The notes below the pieces were generated by a model, which made no database searches, had not been told where the DNA came from, and was given only the letters and a program-made list of their open reading frames with translations. A program made the translations under genes and the position numbers. A DNA stretch of 64,000 nucleotides from Candidatus Omnitrophota bacterium (GTDB lineage: Bacteria > Omnitrophota > Gorgyraeia > Duberdicusellales > 4484-171), in NCBI GenBank assembly GCA_037146775.1, contig JBAWWL010000009.1, positions 4,575-68,574 on the forward strand. Direction: 5' to 3'. Of the stretch, positions 26,401 to 41,400 are shown in pieces. How positions within the stretch are numbered: the stretch's first letter is position 1; each line of letters starts with the position of its first letter.

Positions 26401-29400
26401 GAACAAGAGCAAACCCTTCCCGCCTACTATAAAGCAAAACTCCATTGGCTCTGCCGTATAAAAAGCGCAGCATTTCCTGAGGAACAGCTCCGGCTACATA
26501 AGCAATACCAGTTAAATCTCTACGCCTTATTTCCTGCTCAATATCATGTATTCGTTGTTCTGAACCTAAACCGACAAAAAGAACCTTAACTCCGCTTAAA
26601 AATTCTTTCTTCGATCTAAAATGTTCAAACTGTAAACCCTCTAATGCATCAAGAATCTCTGGTAAACCTTTTCTACTATCTAAAGAGTTCGGCACGAGTA
26701 TGAATACATCGTCATCTCGCATAAAATACTGCTCGCGCAAATACCTAGAAACCGCCTCGCGTTCAAGATCAGTCAAAGAATTAAAGTTATTATCTTCAAA
26801 TAAAGGCCCTATCCAGTCCACTCTTGCGTTAGGAAATCTCTGGCGGATATCTTCCGGCGAAGCTGGATTAACGGTTAAAATACGCACCAAAGGATTATTC
26901 ACCAGTTTTTCGAATATGTAGGGTTGAAGATATTTTTCAGCGGCATCCCAAACCTCACTGGAATTAAAACCAGTAGCATTGTGTAAATAAGCTAAAAATG
27001 GAAGATTCCTTTTGGTAACAATATCAGAAACTCCATAATGATATTCCTGTAAATGTGAAACCACTAACTCTACATTGCTGTCTTGCGCAACATAGGCACT
27101 TATTTTATTCTCAAGATCATCTAATTCGTGGCCTTCTTCTATTGCAAAAGGAATAAACAATATTTTGCTGGTACCAATTTCTAAAGTTTTTGTTTCCTGG
27201 GTCTTATTGCTGTCCGGATAAAATACCACTTGCGTCAGCCCGGGATTACGCGCAGCAAGCATACCGATAAGCTTAATCGCATAGCGGCTGATACCGTCTG
27301 CTTTTAAATCCGGCGCTAACTGAATAATGGTGCGGTTAGCCAAAAGCGAATTTTCTATTGGCGTAGGCGTCAGAGAAAATTGTTCAAGATATGTTTTCGT
27401 ACCGCTAGTTGGCCTGCTTTGTAAAGATTTTAAATGCGCAACTAACTCTGCGATGCGCGCTTCCTTAACTTGCCCATCATTGCCCAATAATGTTCCTGCA
27501 GTGCCAACGCTAAAATCTTTGTCTAGTCCAGGTGTCTGTGACAAAGAAGAATCCACGGCTGATGACGCTACAAAGCTGGGAGCTTTTTTTGACTGAGGAG
27601 TTTCCTCTAATTTCGCTGAATTATCAGTAAGCGCTGAGGATGCAAAACCAGGAGAGACGACCACCTCTATCCTTCCCAATCCTTGTCCACGCAACAATTC
27701 TTTTAATTCCTCCTTACGAGCTCCATCAGAAATCACTAAACGCCTTGCGTATTCTAATGGAATTTCTCCAATAATAATACGCTGGTCCCTAAACTCACTC
27801 TGAGGAATGTCGAATTCAAAGTACGCTTCTCTACCATAGTAACCCTGGACCGCCTGTTCACTCTCAAATACCCATATACAGTAATTGCGTAATACATCAT
27901 CAATATTTAACATGCCATATGTTTCCATACGTGTAAGAGAAGCGTCTCCCAAAAGGTGTCTTGCCCTAGGATCGGTATTAGCCTCTATAGAAGTTTTATT
28001 GAGCAAAATATAATTTCGTAAATCAAAATTGCTTTGCTCTAACGTAATCAGATCCGCTGGCCTCATACTACGTAAAATACCTTCATAGAAAAAAACCATA
28101 AGCTTTCGGATACCTGAATCTTGACTATCTATCAAATCAACGCGCTTAAGCGACATTATTGCTTTTTGCCGAATAATACTTTTAACCTTATCGATTGCAT
28201 CGCCCCCCACGCGGCTGGCACCACGAACACCATGATATACTCTTGCACGCTCTGTACTCACATTCATTGGCATCCCGCGCTCATTGAAAGATAAAGAATT
28301 TTCCTCAAGCGGCGAAGACGCAAAGTCATGGCCGGATTCATTAGCGAGAGAACGACGAAACGCATCGTCGACCCCGTAGAGTCTTACCTCAAAATCAGTA
28401 GATTCTAATCTTGTGCGCTGGGAAATCACCTCTTTTGCGCTCTTAATTAATGCTTCAATTAAACTTTCGCCATCGCGGTCTAAAACAAATTCTTCATTTT
28501 TTGAAAAATCTTTGAAAACATTTCTTGCGGCCTCATAAAGACATGCCGTTAATTGCTCACTTAGTTCTTCGGCTTTTTTACTTTTTGGGACAATATCTGT
28601 TTGCTTAACCAACCTCATAAGCTTTAACACGATAGGCAAAAGCCTGGATATCTGCCCCGGATTTATACCCGCGGCAAACATTCTTAATGCCTGTTGGTGT
28701 TCATAAGGCGCATCCCGTTCTGGTATCGTTAATAATTCCACCGCAATCCGTATCGCCAAATCCCAGCTATCTGCAAATAAAGTTTTCATGGGCGACTCAT
28801 CGCCTTGTACCAGGAATCGTTTAACCACCTGTTCATAACCATCCGACCAATTTTCATACAGTTTCATTAAAGCATGTAATAATACCCGTTCATTACGATA
28901 CACATTACGGATTTTCCCGGCAGCAGCCGCAACTTTTGCCTCAGCTGTTCCGTATATGGCACTGTTCAGCATGGCTTCCGCCAAATCTTCGCTTACTTGC
29001 TCAGCGCCTACACCAAGTATTTCCCTTAGCTCTTTATTCCTTAAAGCAATTCTTAGCATAACATCTCTAGCCAACTCTTCAGTTACTGCCTCTAGGAGCA
29101 AATGATAGAAAGCCCATAGCTGACGGCTTTTAGCAAAAACGGTCAACACTCCTTCAGTAAAATTGGTATGAATTATTTCATGGATAATCAGTTTTGTGAT
29201 ATTTGGTACTCCCACAATCCGATCATTCACCAGGATAACATCTATGTGGGCGTTGCCGTCGCTCAGGCGTATATTCATGCCTGACTCTCTCCTCAAGCCA
29301 AGTAATTTCGTAAGCCATGAGTTCTGCGGTATAAACAAAACTCCTTCTTCATTAAAAACACGCTGCAAGCTTTCGTTCTGAGCCGCTTCTGCTTTTATTG

Positions 29401-32400
29401 CGTGCAAAGCAAACACCTGGTCATCGCGCGGTAATTGTGCGGCGGGAATATTTTTTCCGGTTATTTTCGCACCTCCCTCAACCATAGAGAGAGCTCTCAC
29501 AAATACACCAAGCCTGTCGGGAGAACTATCTTCTGCCATTAAGGCTTTCAATGTTGAAATTCTAGCTCGAGCACGATCAAGCTCCTCTCTAGACTGCTGT
29601 TCGGCTGAGACGGATGACGTTTCTTTTCCAGAAACAGGCTTACCGGTACTACTCGGCAAAAACTTTCTTACCATTGCCGCGATATCTAAGCCTGTCTCTT
29701 GTTTAAACTGATCGTTTCTTACGACTCTCTCTGCGTTTTCTTCATAAACACGAAGATATTCATCCATTATCTGGTATATATTCACTACTGCCGCAATATC
29801 TCTGCTGGGCTGGGCTAATGGCGAAGAAGCTATCGCAGAATCTTCTTTTGGCGATGAAACTAAACTATCCTTTATTTGAAGAGAAGATGAGGCTGTGGCT
29901 GGCTGGGTTTCTTGTCCTACTTGTAGTGTCGGATAACGATAAGAATATGTATTAGCCTGACGGATATCGCGTAGTAATGCGATAGGGGCAAAAGCATCAC
30001 GAACAGCCTGAACATTAAACCCAGCGCTTTCTTGTCTCTGGGTAAACTCTGCTTCTGCCATCATTGCGGCAGTATGAGCATGAATGCGGGTGTTGCCGGT
30101 TCTTAAAGCATAACACTCTGTAAATTCGTGGATAAGTATGTGGGAAACAAGAACGTTTTGTTCTTCCCTACTTAAGGGTGGTGCCTGGTTAAAATGCGCC
30201 TTGATACGGCCCAGTGAAACACGCTGATCTCCAGTGAGATTAGGAATAGTAGAGAAGAGTTTATTAATATAATTCTCCCGCTCACTACGAGTACCATGAT
30301 TCAGAACAAAGAGCATCTCGCTAAAAGCTTGAGTGTTAACCAAAAGCATAGCGCCGTTATCGGCAGGACGAACAAGGCCATTAATCGTTCTTGGGCCTAC
30401 AGGTTTGACGGTAATTGTAGTACCAGCGATACCAATAGTTTGTTCACTCAAGTCAAAAGTAGTGCTGCCTAAAATGCTAAAAGCTATAGGGTTTACTCCA
30501 TTAGTTTCCTTAAGTATGGTATCAGCAGGTGAGGCTAATACTTCCATATCACCAGTTGATACCTGGCCCGGCTGGCCGGTAAGGCCGACATTAACCGGCA
30601 ATTGTCTGTAAGACTCATCCGCAGCTGTTCTTTTTTCAAACGGGTCTTGAACACCCGCTTCAATAAGACGCCAACGTGGACAAAAAATATTTGCCACCTG
30701 ATGGATAAAGACATCCGAGCGACGCATGGCTCGCATTGCCTGACCAATGGTAAAAGGCTGACCCGCACTATGATAGCGCTCTATACTCCGCAATGATCCG
30801 CCAACGGCCTGCTTATTTTTATGAGCAATCGCAAGTGTAGTAATATCGACAGATACGCCCAAATTATGCAAAGTACGATTGAGATTGTCAACAAAATCAT
30901 GGGCATAACACGCATCAAACACAATATTTACATTATTCAAATTGCCACGTTCAATAAGCCAGACAGCTAATTCTTCAACCGATATGATCTGCGACGGTGA
31001 CAGCGCAAATCCTTCTCGATTTGCGTGACCGGAAAAAGTTATGGTTAAGGGCCCTTTATGTGTAATTATGGCATCTTTGACATCAGTAATGACGTCTGCC
31101 GTGGCGGGCACAGTGCTTCCTCCGACATATGAATGAATCTGTCCACTGCTCATATCACTTGAGGTCTGTAACGCTTCATAGCGGGTTTGTTCCGCACGCA
31201 TCTCTTCATGAAAAATGTTTACTGCCGTGCGTCTGGAAGAATATAGCTCATTTTGCGACTGCCGGTCATCCGGCAAGGTTTCTTGTACTACCCTACGACC
31301 TGCGATGATAAAATCAAACGCTTGTACGATTTCAGCTTCGGATGCTTCTTCGGGAATAATGCCCGAGGCTCTCAGATGATAATATACCGCAAGACCTACT
31401 TCATAACGCTCTTCATCTTCCATATGACTAGTACGCGTCTTAAAGCCCTGGCTCTGGTAAACAATGTGGTGGATAAAGGTATGACCGTAAAAACGGAAAG
31501 GCAGTTGCAGAAGCAACTCAGCCAAGCTATCCGTTTTAATCATTTGCCTATTATAATTTCTTATCGCGGTTAAAGCCGCTACTGCTGTTGCATAGTCGTC
31601 GTTTGCAAGATCGTCTCTTTTCATAATGCCCTCAAGCGTTGCAACTGTTGCGGGCTCTGCCCAATCGGGATGTTGAGAAAACAACACGTTATATACACCG
31701 GCAATTTCTCCAAAAAATGCTGCCGGTCTTTGCCTAGATGCTGCTGCATGTTCAAGAGCTTGTCTACGCGTCGGTGATGCAAACAGTCCTGAACGCTTCC
31801 GAGCAAATTCCTGCGCCGCGACCGCGGCCGCCACCACAACAGGCACCACAGTAAAGTCTCCTTCAATATTTAGAACACGCAAAATTTCATCAATGCACTC
31901 ATCTGCATATTGCCCAGTATATTGATTACCACCGATGGCAGCCAAAGCTCTCATAGCATCACCGTTTTTTTCTGAATGCAGTTTAACCGCATCAACTGTC
32001 GACCGCGCAATCAAATCTGAACGTTCCTGCGAAAGATCAACAATAGCTCTCAACGAATATGAGTGAGTGGTTATACCTCTATCGCTTGCATTCAAATTGC
32101 GCTCAAAAGCCTCAATTGTGGAAGCGCGTGCTCTATCCGATTTTTTTCTCACAATCCTTAATAATGCATTTGTCGCTATAGAATAACTATGGGCTTCAAG
32201 CCTATTTTCATTTAAAACTCTTTCGAAGGTGTCAAAACACATATCAATAAGGTTGGTATTATTTGAATAAATAGCTATTTCAGTTAAAGTCCTAGCAACC
32301 TGGGAATAAACCTGGGAGGCAATTTCTTCGCTATCATAACTAGTACGATCTAGCGCAGCCGTATTTAAAGCATCGAGCAAAACCTTTGTTGCTTTGCGGG

Positions 32401-35400
32401 AAACTACGCTTTCAACGCCTGAAGTCACAATAACAGACAACGTTTCGCAAACAAAACTGATGGCTTGCGGAGTAACATTGGGCTTTCGAAGTATTACCTC
32501 AAGAATTCCAACTGTACCTTCGTTAATAAGTCCTGGTTTATTTCTAGCAATATTCTTAAGATCGCTGACCCCATCTATATAGCCGTCCTGTAAAAGATTT
32601 TCAATTGCTTGCAGCGCTTCTTGAGCCCTAGCGCCATCTTCTCTGATAGCAATTGTGGCTAACTGATATGTACTTTTCTCTCTACGCAGCTCTTCTATAG
32701 ATTTCGATGGGATTTCTTGATTAAGCGGTGAAGAAACCGCAGAAGAAACTCTTACTTCACCAATCTTTCTTTCTAATCCTGCTAATTCTTGAGATATCTG
32801 GTTAATCTCTCTTCGTAAAATTTCCTCTTTTAGCCCAGGATCTTCGCCTTTAGTTAAATCGGCCTGTAATATTTCTAATCGTTCACTTAACCTCTGCCGG
32901 TCACGGGCAAGTATTGTCCTTATTGTTTCAGGAAATGCCGCGGGAGCCAGCATTTCTTCTGTAATACGTATATATTTACCTTCGCCAAGCCACCAAATCT
33001 TTTCTGCGGGAAGATTTTCTGAATAGCTACTTATCACTACGCGGCCGGCTAAACTTCTGCCAAGAAATTGTTTTATCTGCGCCTGCTCCTGGTTATTAAA
33101 AGAACGCGTATAGATAACTGCAACCTTTTTAACTCCTAATTCACTAAGCGGCTGGGTGTATCTCGTGAGGCTGGCTGTTTCCATCTCTACAAGAGGCAAG
33201 CGTGAAACTACATATCCAAAAAGATATTGACCGTCAGCCCAAATCTCCACATACGACCAGTTTTCGGTTGGTGAGTCAGTGTATTCTATTTTTGCAGCTG
33301 GTATTTGCGCTTGCGGATAACCCAATAACCATCCTTGCTGACTATCAATAAACGCCTTTTTGATGGTTGTGATAATATCTCCGTCTTGCACACGGTAAAC
33401 TTCCGGATGGTTTGAAATTTCTGTCTTAATAGCCTGTGGGTTATAAAATAATAATTTTTGGCTAGCATGGCCATCAGATTCTTGTAGCGTAACTTCTATT
33501 TCTTGAACATTTCCTCCAGGCAAATGCGCAAGCAGCTGTCTAGCTTGCTGCGCATTCGCGGGACTAGAGTCATCAAGCAAATATGACGGCTTTGCTCCAA
33601 GTGCAACTAAAGTAATGGGTAAAGTGAGTGGATTATTTCTATTATCAGCAACAAACTTTTTCATTCCTTGAGAGGCAATCGCTGACGAAGCAGTGCTCTT
33701 CACTGTAATATCTTCAGCCTGTTTTGCTGCCGGCGATGATGCTGAACCATCAGGACCAACTACTAATTTTTTTAACTCATCAAGCTGCGAATATTTACCT
33801 TCGGGAATAATCGGCCGGCCCTGCCAAAAATTAATTCTTCTTTCTTCACCAACACCAAAAACATGTCTACCAAATCTCCCCAAACCTATATCAGCGCAAT
33901 AAAAAGATATAGCCAATTCAAATAATTGTCCTTTAGGTATACCTAAAGAAACTACTCCAGCAGTTAGCAAACCATCTGCTTCTGCCGGCGAGATAGCTTT
34001 TGAGATTGTTCTACCAACAATATCTTCGCCAACAAGATAACAAATAAGATTAATTTCAAATTCTGAAAACTGGGAACTTAAAGTTTCTCTGATATATCTT
34101 ACCGAAGCCTGTTCGTGCTCTGAGTGACTACGAATAAGCGCTTTACCGATATCATGCAGCAAAGCTGCTATTACCATCAGCCGTTTTATCGGTATAGCGG
34201 CACCACTGCTATCCCGTAAAGACATCGCATCGATTGTCCTATCTTCATAAACACTATTCATCGTATACAAAGTATGATCTAATAAATTTCCTCCGCCCCT
34301 GGGAGTAGCTATAGGCGCTAGTTGCGGAGCTACTTGCACAAGAAGCTGCATCACTCTCGTGTCACCATCAAGAAGAATACGCCTACTTAATTCATCTTTA
34401 TACTCCTGGGATAAGCCAGAATTATTTATTGCTGCAATGGCTTGCTGTTCAGGCTTGACTGTTTCTTGCGCATTTGCCACAGCTAATTCTGCCGCAGAAG
34501 GAGATACTTGACCAAAATCTTCTAATTTCACCGTACTCACATCGTGTTCGCTATATACATAAGTTGTTGGATCACGGTCAAGATATCCTACTTCGGCTTT
34601 TAAATAATCAAAAAGAGTTATTTTTCTTCCAATCCAAGGATGAGCCATCATTTTTATAGGAGTCGCATTGTAAGCAGTTGCTTTTACAACTTCCCTGTCA
34701 ACCAATACCTCTGCCAATAAGCCTTGCAATAATCCTTGATTATCCTGTCCTGGTTGATAATCAGCTTCGAGACGCGCCTGGAACCTATCTAAAAACTGCG
34801 CATCCAGATAACCAAATAGAGTTTGGAAATATGCAGGCCGCAAGCCGCAGATACCGCCTTCATCATTAGGCCTTAAGTTATTAACTTCTCTTTCTAAAGC
34901 TGCTCGCGCTTGAGCGATTGCCGATTTTGACAGTCTGCCCTGGGCTATCCATTGAAGAATTTTATAAATATTCTGTTTTGCACGTTTCTCGGCTAACTCC
35001 CATACCATGACCTTTTGAACACTATTGGCGATAGTATCCTGGTCTATGCGTTGTGTCCTTTTTCTCGCGCACTCAGGAAGGGGGACAGCATTATCTCTAT
35101 TCGCGCGATCTGCTTCGGGACTGTTAACATAACAAAAAGCTAAGGTCACGGCTGTATCAACCGCTCTATATTTATGGCCAATCAATTCTAAAAATAACAA
35201 ATCAAACTCATGAAAGGCTTTTGCTCCATGAGAATCTTTTATTTCCCCACCTCTAAGTGCGTAATGTACGATTGCCGTGGATAAAGCGTGAGTCACATAA
35301 TTAGCCTCTGCATTATCATGTTCGGAACTTCCTCTGAAAACATTGTTCATATTGTCAAAAATTACTGGCACAATCAGCCGTTGCCCTCTATGCGCATATA

Positions 35401-38400
35401 GTCTGAATCCGCCTTGAGCATTGAGCAGGGCCATCGTGCCTGCCTCACTAGTAACTACTCCAGCGTCTAGTAAAGTATTGTGCAATTCTGTGAATGTACA
35501 TGTAGGAAGGGTGATCTTCTGCGCTATGGGAGTCATCTCTGCTAAGACCCCTCTCTCTCCGGCAAAAGACTGCGCCATATCGCTTGTTTGAGAAATAATA
35601 TTGTTTTGTTTATTCCATAAAAATGCTTCTAGTATTTGGTCGGGAGATACCTCGCCACGCGCTACAAGCTGACGCAGCTCTTCGTACGCTCCACGCATAA
35701 GCAGGCAACGAGCATGTAAAATGGGCGATTCCCCTAAATACGGCGCGAGCATTCCATCATTTATGTCTTCGGCCATACGCCAATATCCTTCGACAGCATA
35801 TTCATCATCGAGAAAAACCATTAACAAGCTCCAGGAAGATCCGTATGCGGCTTTTTTAATCAATTTTTCCACTAAAGCATCATATCCGGGAAAACAAAGT
35901 AAATTATCCAGTCTAGTAAAAAACGCGTCTAACCCTTGCGGTCCGGCAACACGCAATATTTCCTTAAATGCCCCTATCGCATACTCTCTATCAATTTGTA
36001 ACAACATAGTAAATGATCCTGCGATCTGGCGTAAAAATCTCTCAATATCAATTCTTTGATTACTAGGCACCTCTTCGTTCCTACGCACTAGTAATTCAAC
36101 CAATTCATTATCAAATGCTACACGCGCCATAGCAAGGTTTCCGCCTGCAATCTCATGAATTACCATACGCTCATTAAAAAGGTTGTCACGAGAAGCGGAA
36201 TATTTAACAGCCTGGACCACAGTATGTAATTGCTCTCGAGTTAAACTTAAGTTCTCATGCGCCTCCAGGAATCTTGGCACAAGATATGCCAATCGTCTAC
36301 ACACTGGATTACCGCTAGTATCCCTTATAGCATTAACAACAAAAGGAAGCTGTGCGGGATTATCATGAAGTGCTCTACCTATAGCTGTGAGAAGCGGATC
36401 GTAGTCATCCCGGGATGGCTCTCGAGTTTTTCTGGCATTTACTAAAAGTGGTATAAGCGTAAGATCTCCCGCGGGTGCATCTTCAAGCACGCCTGCTAAA
36501 TCATGATCATACGACAATCCTTTTTCACCGCATAATACTGTGAGCAAACCTGGGTTATGAGAAAAAGCTTTTTGCAATACCCTAACTAGGGCTTCTCTGC
36601 GTTCTCTTTGATGGACAGTTGTTTCATTAAGCATATCAACAAACACTTGAGTATCAGCTAAAGTAAATGCCTGAGGAGAACGTGAAATCAAATCTTCTAA
36701 GGCTGCTACTAGAAAATTAAATGTCTCCCCTGTTCGGACTTCATTAATTGCAAAAACTAAAGGCCCTGTTTCATCCATAAGCAGCGTAACATCATAGTTA
36801 TTATTCCTGATCGCTCCTAGAGCACCAGAAAGAACGGATTGCCTTACTTTGTCATCTTGCGTTCGATGGGCAGCTTTAAGCAAATACACAATTTGTGCTG
36901 CGCTTGGTTTTATACGAGTGTTATGCACCAAGCTAAGATTTAAGACATCCGCATAGGCTGCTTCCGTCGGACTAGAAACCGTGCCTTGGACTGTTTGATC
37001 ATGCACGGCTCTAAATTTTTCAAACACTAGATCAAATAATTCCGGGTTATGTGCGATAGCGCGGCTATAAGCATGAGAAAGATCAATTCCTCTGGTAATA
37101 GCTTTGTCAAAAGCTTGTGTTTGTTCCGAAGTAATCGTAATGTGCGACCTGTCAAATCCCTTGATAAATATAAATTCTAAAAAACTAATAAATTGTTTAT
37201 TACTACCATCGCGTAGATTATCAAGCGCATTTAATACTTCCGACAGCAACTCATGGTTTCTCGCTAAGGCCTCTCCGATAACTTCCCATGCAAGCTTATA
37301 TCCCAAATCCCGGTCCTTTATTGTTTCTAAAACCTTCATTGTTCCTGATAAAACATCTGGATTATTTACAAGAGCATACTGCAAAACATGAAAATATAAA
37401 TCTCTATGCGCTGCTTCTACGTTTCCGTCACAAAGAGGTTTAATCACTAAAGTTTCAGCTTCTTGTGCGGAAAGCTTAACCTCTCTACTATTTGAAAGGG
37501 CATTATTTACGGCTGCCAATAATCGTAGCTGCACATCCGTTCGCGATTCACTCGCTAAAGCAGAAATTAAGCGTGTGGTGAGATTGGGATATCTTGAAAC
37601 GTGTACTCCTAAACGCCTCGAAGATAACGACTCACCAGCCACAACACCCTCCATGTACATATCAAAAAATCGATTAATGCTCTCATCCTGGTTAGCGTCA
37701 GTCGTAACCGCCGACGACACTACTGATTTAGTTTCCCCTTCTTTACGCTCTGCATCTTGCGCCTTGCGCTGCCCTACATACGCTGCAACTGCATCTATCT
37801 TTTGTTGGCCCGAAGGATGCGTGTTTGTCGCGGTTTCTGATAAAGGAAATGCTTTCTGTAACTCGTTAACAGCAGCTACTGGCGCATTCCAACCGTAAAT
37901 TGACACAACAATGTCTGTGGCAACTCTATCTACCTGCAACTCGATTTCGGGAGTACTTGGCCCATAAAAACGGTGTCCCACTTCATGAGCGATAAGAAAA
38001 GTAAGGGCCTGATCACTTAAAGCACGTACGGCCTCTGGAGTAACAAGCACAATCCAAAGCCGTTCATTTCCAACATACTCAGCGCTCTCCGGCAACCGGG
38101 GTAAAGAAACTTTTATTCCGTCTCCAAGCTCAATGGTTACACTCTTTACATGCTCTTCAAGTGCACCAGGAGAAGTCGATATATAATCGGTATCAATTCC
38201 AATTGCATGTGGCAACGGTGAAAAATGCAATCTTTCGGCTGCCTGAGTAACAGCCTGGAATCTTCCCTCAAGTCTACGATGCCACTCAGCAAACTGCTCA
38301 CGGGATATATATGTGTAAGCCGCTGCGTATCTTTCGCTAAAATATTCTTCGAGACGTTCTGAAACTGTTGACCTAGTCTGCAAACTCTCTCGCACCTCCG

Positions 38401-41400
38401 AACCCATCTTCTTCTCTATAACAGCCTCTTCTTTTTTTTCTACCGCCGATGACACCGCTGGCCTATCTACTTTCACGTCAATACTACCCTGTTTATTTTC
38501 TGGCATAGTCAACGGCGATGCGGCAGTACCCGGTTTAACATCACCCTTTTTATCAAGAGCAACATTTTGAGGAGACCCTACCTTGGAAGTAACTACATTG
38601 GTGACAGTTGATCCTTCTACTCTTTGACTTGTTTGCTGTAAAATATTAGGAGTAGAATCAATTCCCCCGCCAGGAGGAGTTACGCCAAGATAAGGGCTAT
38701 AGGCATTATATTCGAGAGCAAAAAGCTCTGATTCAGCATAGTGAGCTTGCGGCGAATAGTCAGATCCGATAGTATTACCAAATATATCAACCTGATCAAA
38801 ATTTCCTCTAAGAAAAGCTTTGAAAACCTCAGGGCTCATATTGCGTAATGTATCAATTGCAAGCTGTATTTCTTCGGGAATTCCTGAAGAAAATTCTATA
38901 TAAGTTCCGCCATTTGAATTAATCACTCTAAACACGCCTTCGTCATAAGACCACACCTCAAAAGCGTAAGCGACCATCGCCAAGATATCCAATAAATTCG
39001 ATACATCGGATGCTTGCTTACGAATCGTAGCCTTGCTAATTGTGTCGGGATCAAAAGAAAAGAGCGGATTGGAATTTTGCTGCCCAACAATAGTTCCGTA
39101 ACGGCTAGTGGCAGTATATCCTTCTTTCCAAAGTATTCTTAGCAAAGCAAGATTACGTAGCACCATTTCTTTCAACAATCTTCTGCGGTCAGATGAAGAA
39201 CCAATATCAAGGCCTTGATATTGGAAGAATTCACGGTAACGATATGCCTCTTTTTTCCATTGTCTTTTTCTCCCGCGCCGGTATTCTGGATCAAGACTTA
39301 ACTCTTCAATTCTTTCGGGTATGCCGATTTGATATAGCAAAATTTCCATCTCGTTAACAAGATTATCGGGTATTCCTGATCCTTTAAGAACTTTATCAGC
39401 TTCCACGAGACAAAGTTCTCGATCAACAGTAAGCCCCTCCGCTACACCAGGCCATAATCCTTCTGTTTCTTTTCTTCCCACGAGCGCCACCGGAAGCATA
39501 AGCGGTTGAAATTGCGCTCCAGGTTCCAAAAACATCTCAGCGGCTTCCCGGCTTAAGCCTTGATTTTTTAATTCAGCAAATACCGGGTCATCACCGTCAA
39601 AATATTCGTAGAACTTACTTCTCAACCACCCAGCTGCCCCCACATAAGCCAAATTCTCCTGGATTAAATTACCTCCACGCAGCACGCTCGGAGGATTGCC
39701 CTTGCGGAAAGGCGCTCTGATTCCCATACCTCTGGCAAATTCTTGTTCATCAGCCAACCCTGTACCTTTGAAAACAAACGCACAAGGCTTGCCGTTTCTT
39801 GTAAACTTTGTTGCTATAGCGCGATTATGCATAATATTTCTACTGGGCGCGCATCTGACAGGAATAAGATAAATATTGGCATCGTTGCTATCAACACCAT
39901 AGACATTAAGAATTTCTCTGGCAGTGGCCGACAAACTCCTAACTGGTAAAATGAACCTGCGGCTGATTGCGTCGCGGATAAATTCTTGGCTACTGAAAGA
40001 AGACATTTTAGCCGGCACATAGGTAACGGCCTCTCCGGGAAATGCCTCTTGTAATTGGTTGTTATCGTTATGCAGTTCCCCTAAAGCTCGATAAAGCTCG
40101 CGGGCTATCTCTTTAGGCCTTTGGCCTTGTTTAAATTTACCAAGCGCAAAGTCGCCTAGCGCCGAGGAATTGCGATAGAACTGGCCTATCTCCATAAGTT
40201 CGTTAATCGGCACGCCAGCATCTACCATCGCACTGAAACCTTCGGGAGATAATTCATAGGCTTCAACTGCGGACTCTAAAATATCGCTATCATAAATATT
40301 TCGTTGAAATGCAATTTCACAGATATTGACTATCGCATCATGAGTGGCAATAGTACGCCTGCCTACGATACCATTACGCTTCAACGCCTCGTGTAACCGG
40401 ATAACCGCTGCTTCAAAATCGTTGAAACCAATCACCACCCTAGAGTTAGTAGATATACGATTCCTGATCGCGGCTTGAATCAAACCAAAAAAGAACCCGT
40501 CGGAGTACCGTTCATCAATAACTCTTCTGGTGCGTTCAGTAATTTCTATGGTATCAATTCCTTCTGTGCGGCTAAGTTCTTCCAACCACACACCAGCCAC
40601 AATATATGCTCGGTATCGTTCCCTCACGGGAATACTCAAGAAATCTTGAGAAAATCTTGCAAATCTCTTTTGTAGCTGATCTTTGGCTAAACGTATTCTT
40701 TCTTCCTGTTGAACTCTTTCCTCGTGCGCTCGTTTTTTCTTACCCCCGGTTAATCGATCAAACAAGCTAGAGAGAAAAGACTCTGGTTTTACTTCATCTG
40801 CGCTCAAAGGAGAAGAAATACTCTTACCGTCTGATAGATTTTCAACCTTCTCTTCAAAACCATCCACGCCCGTCTCCAGCATCACCTCTAAGTTAAAGCT
40901 CTTGCCTCGGTTGGAAGAGATTACTCGGCTGGGGTCATTGGTGATGGTAAGAGCGCTAGAAGCTTTAGTAAAGTCACAGCCTCCGGAGTAGTAGCGGCGG
41001 TTGATGTTCTGCTGGGTATTGGTATCGAATTCGTCTTTGATGTAGTTGTAGACGCCTTGTCTGTAGGCAGAGAGGTATTGTTTGTAGATCTTCTCTTTGA
41101 TTTGTTTATCGGGGGTATCGATACCTTTAGTCTTTTTCCGGTTAACATAGATCTGACCGACTAAGCTTTCTTTGAGCTGCTTTTTAAACCATACGGAAAG
41201 AATTAAAGAGTTGTAGACCTGCCGTAAAGGAGCGAAGTTTTTGCCTTGATTGACTTCTTTTTCGATCTCAGGCAGGATGAGTTCTTTTAAGACTTCAGAG
41301 GAAACCTTGTTTAAGGCTTTTACTTTGTCTTCTTTGATCTTGGAGGTGCTATATTCCTGGTTATTGAGGTTGTTTTTGAGTGCCAGGTAGTCTTCTTCCA

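Noticed and set aside
23583-40675. Plus-strand ORFs inside the 6198-aa gene (23583..23936, 31253..31573, 35721..36059 and others).
   Set aside because: They are antisense to a complete 18.6-kb ORF with many recognisable domains.
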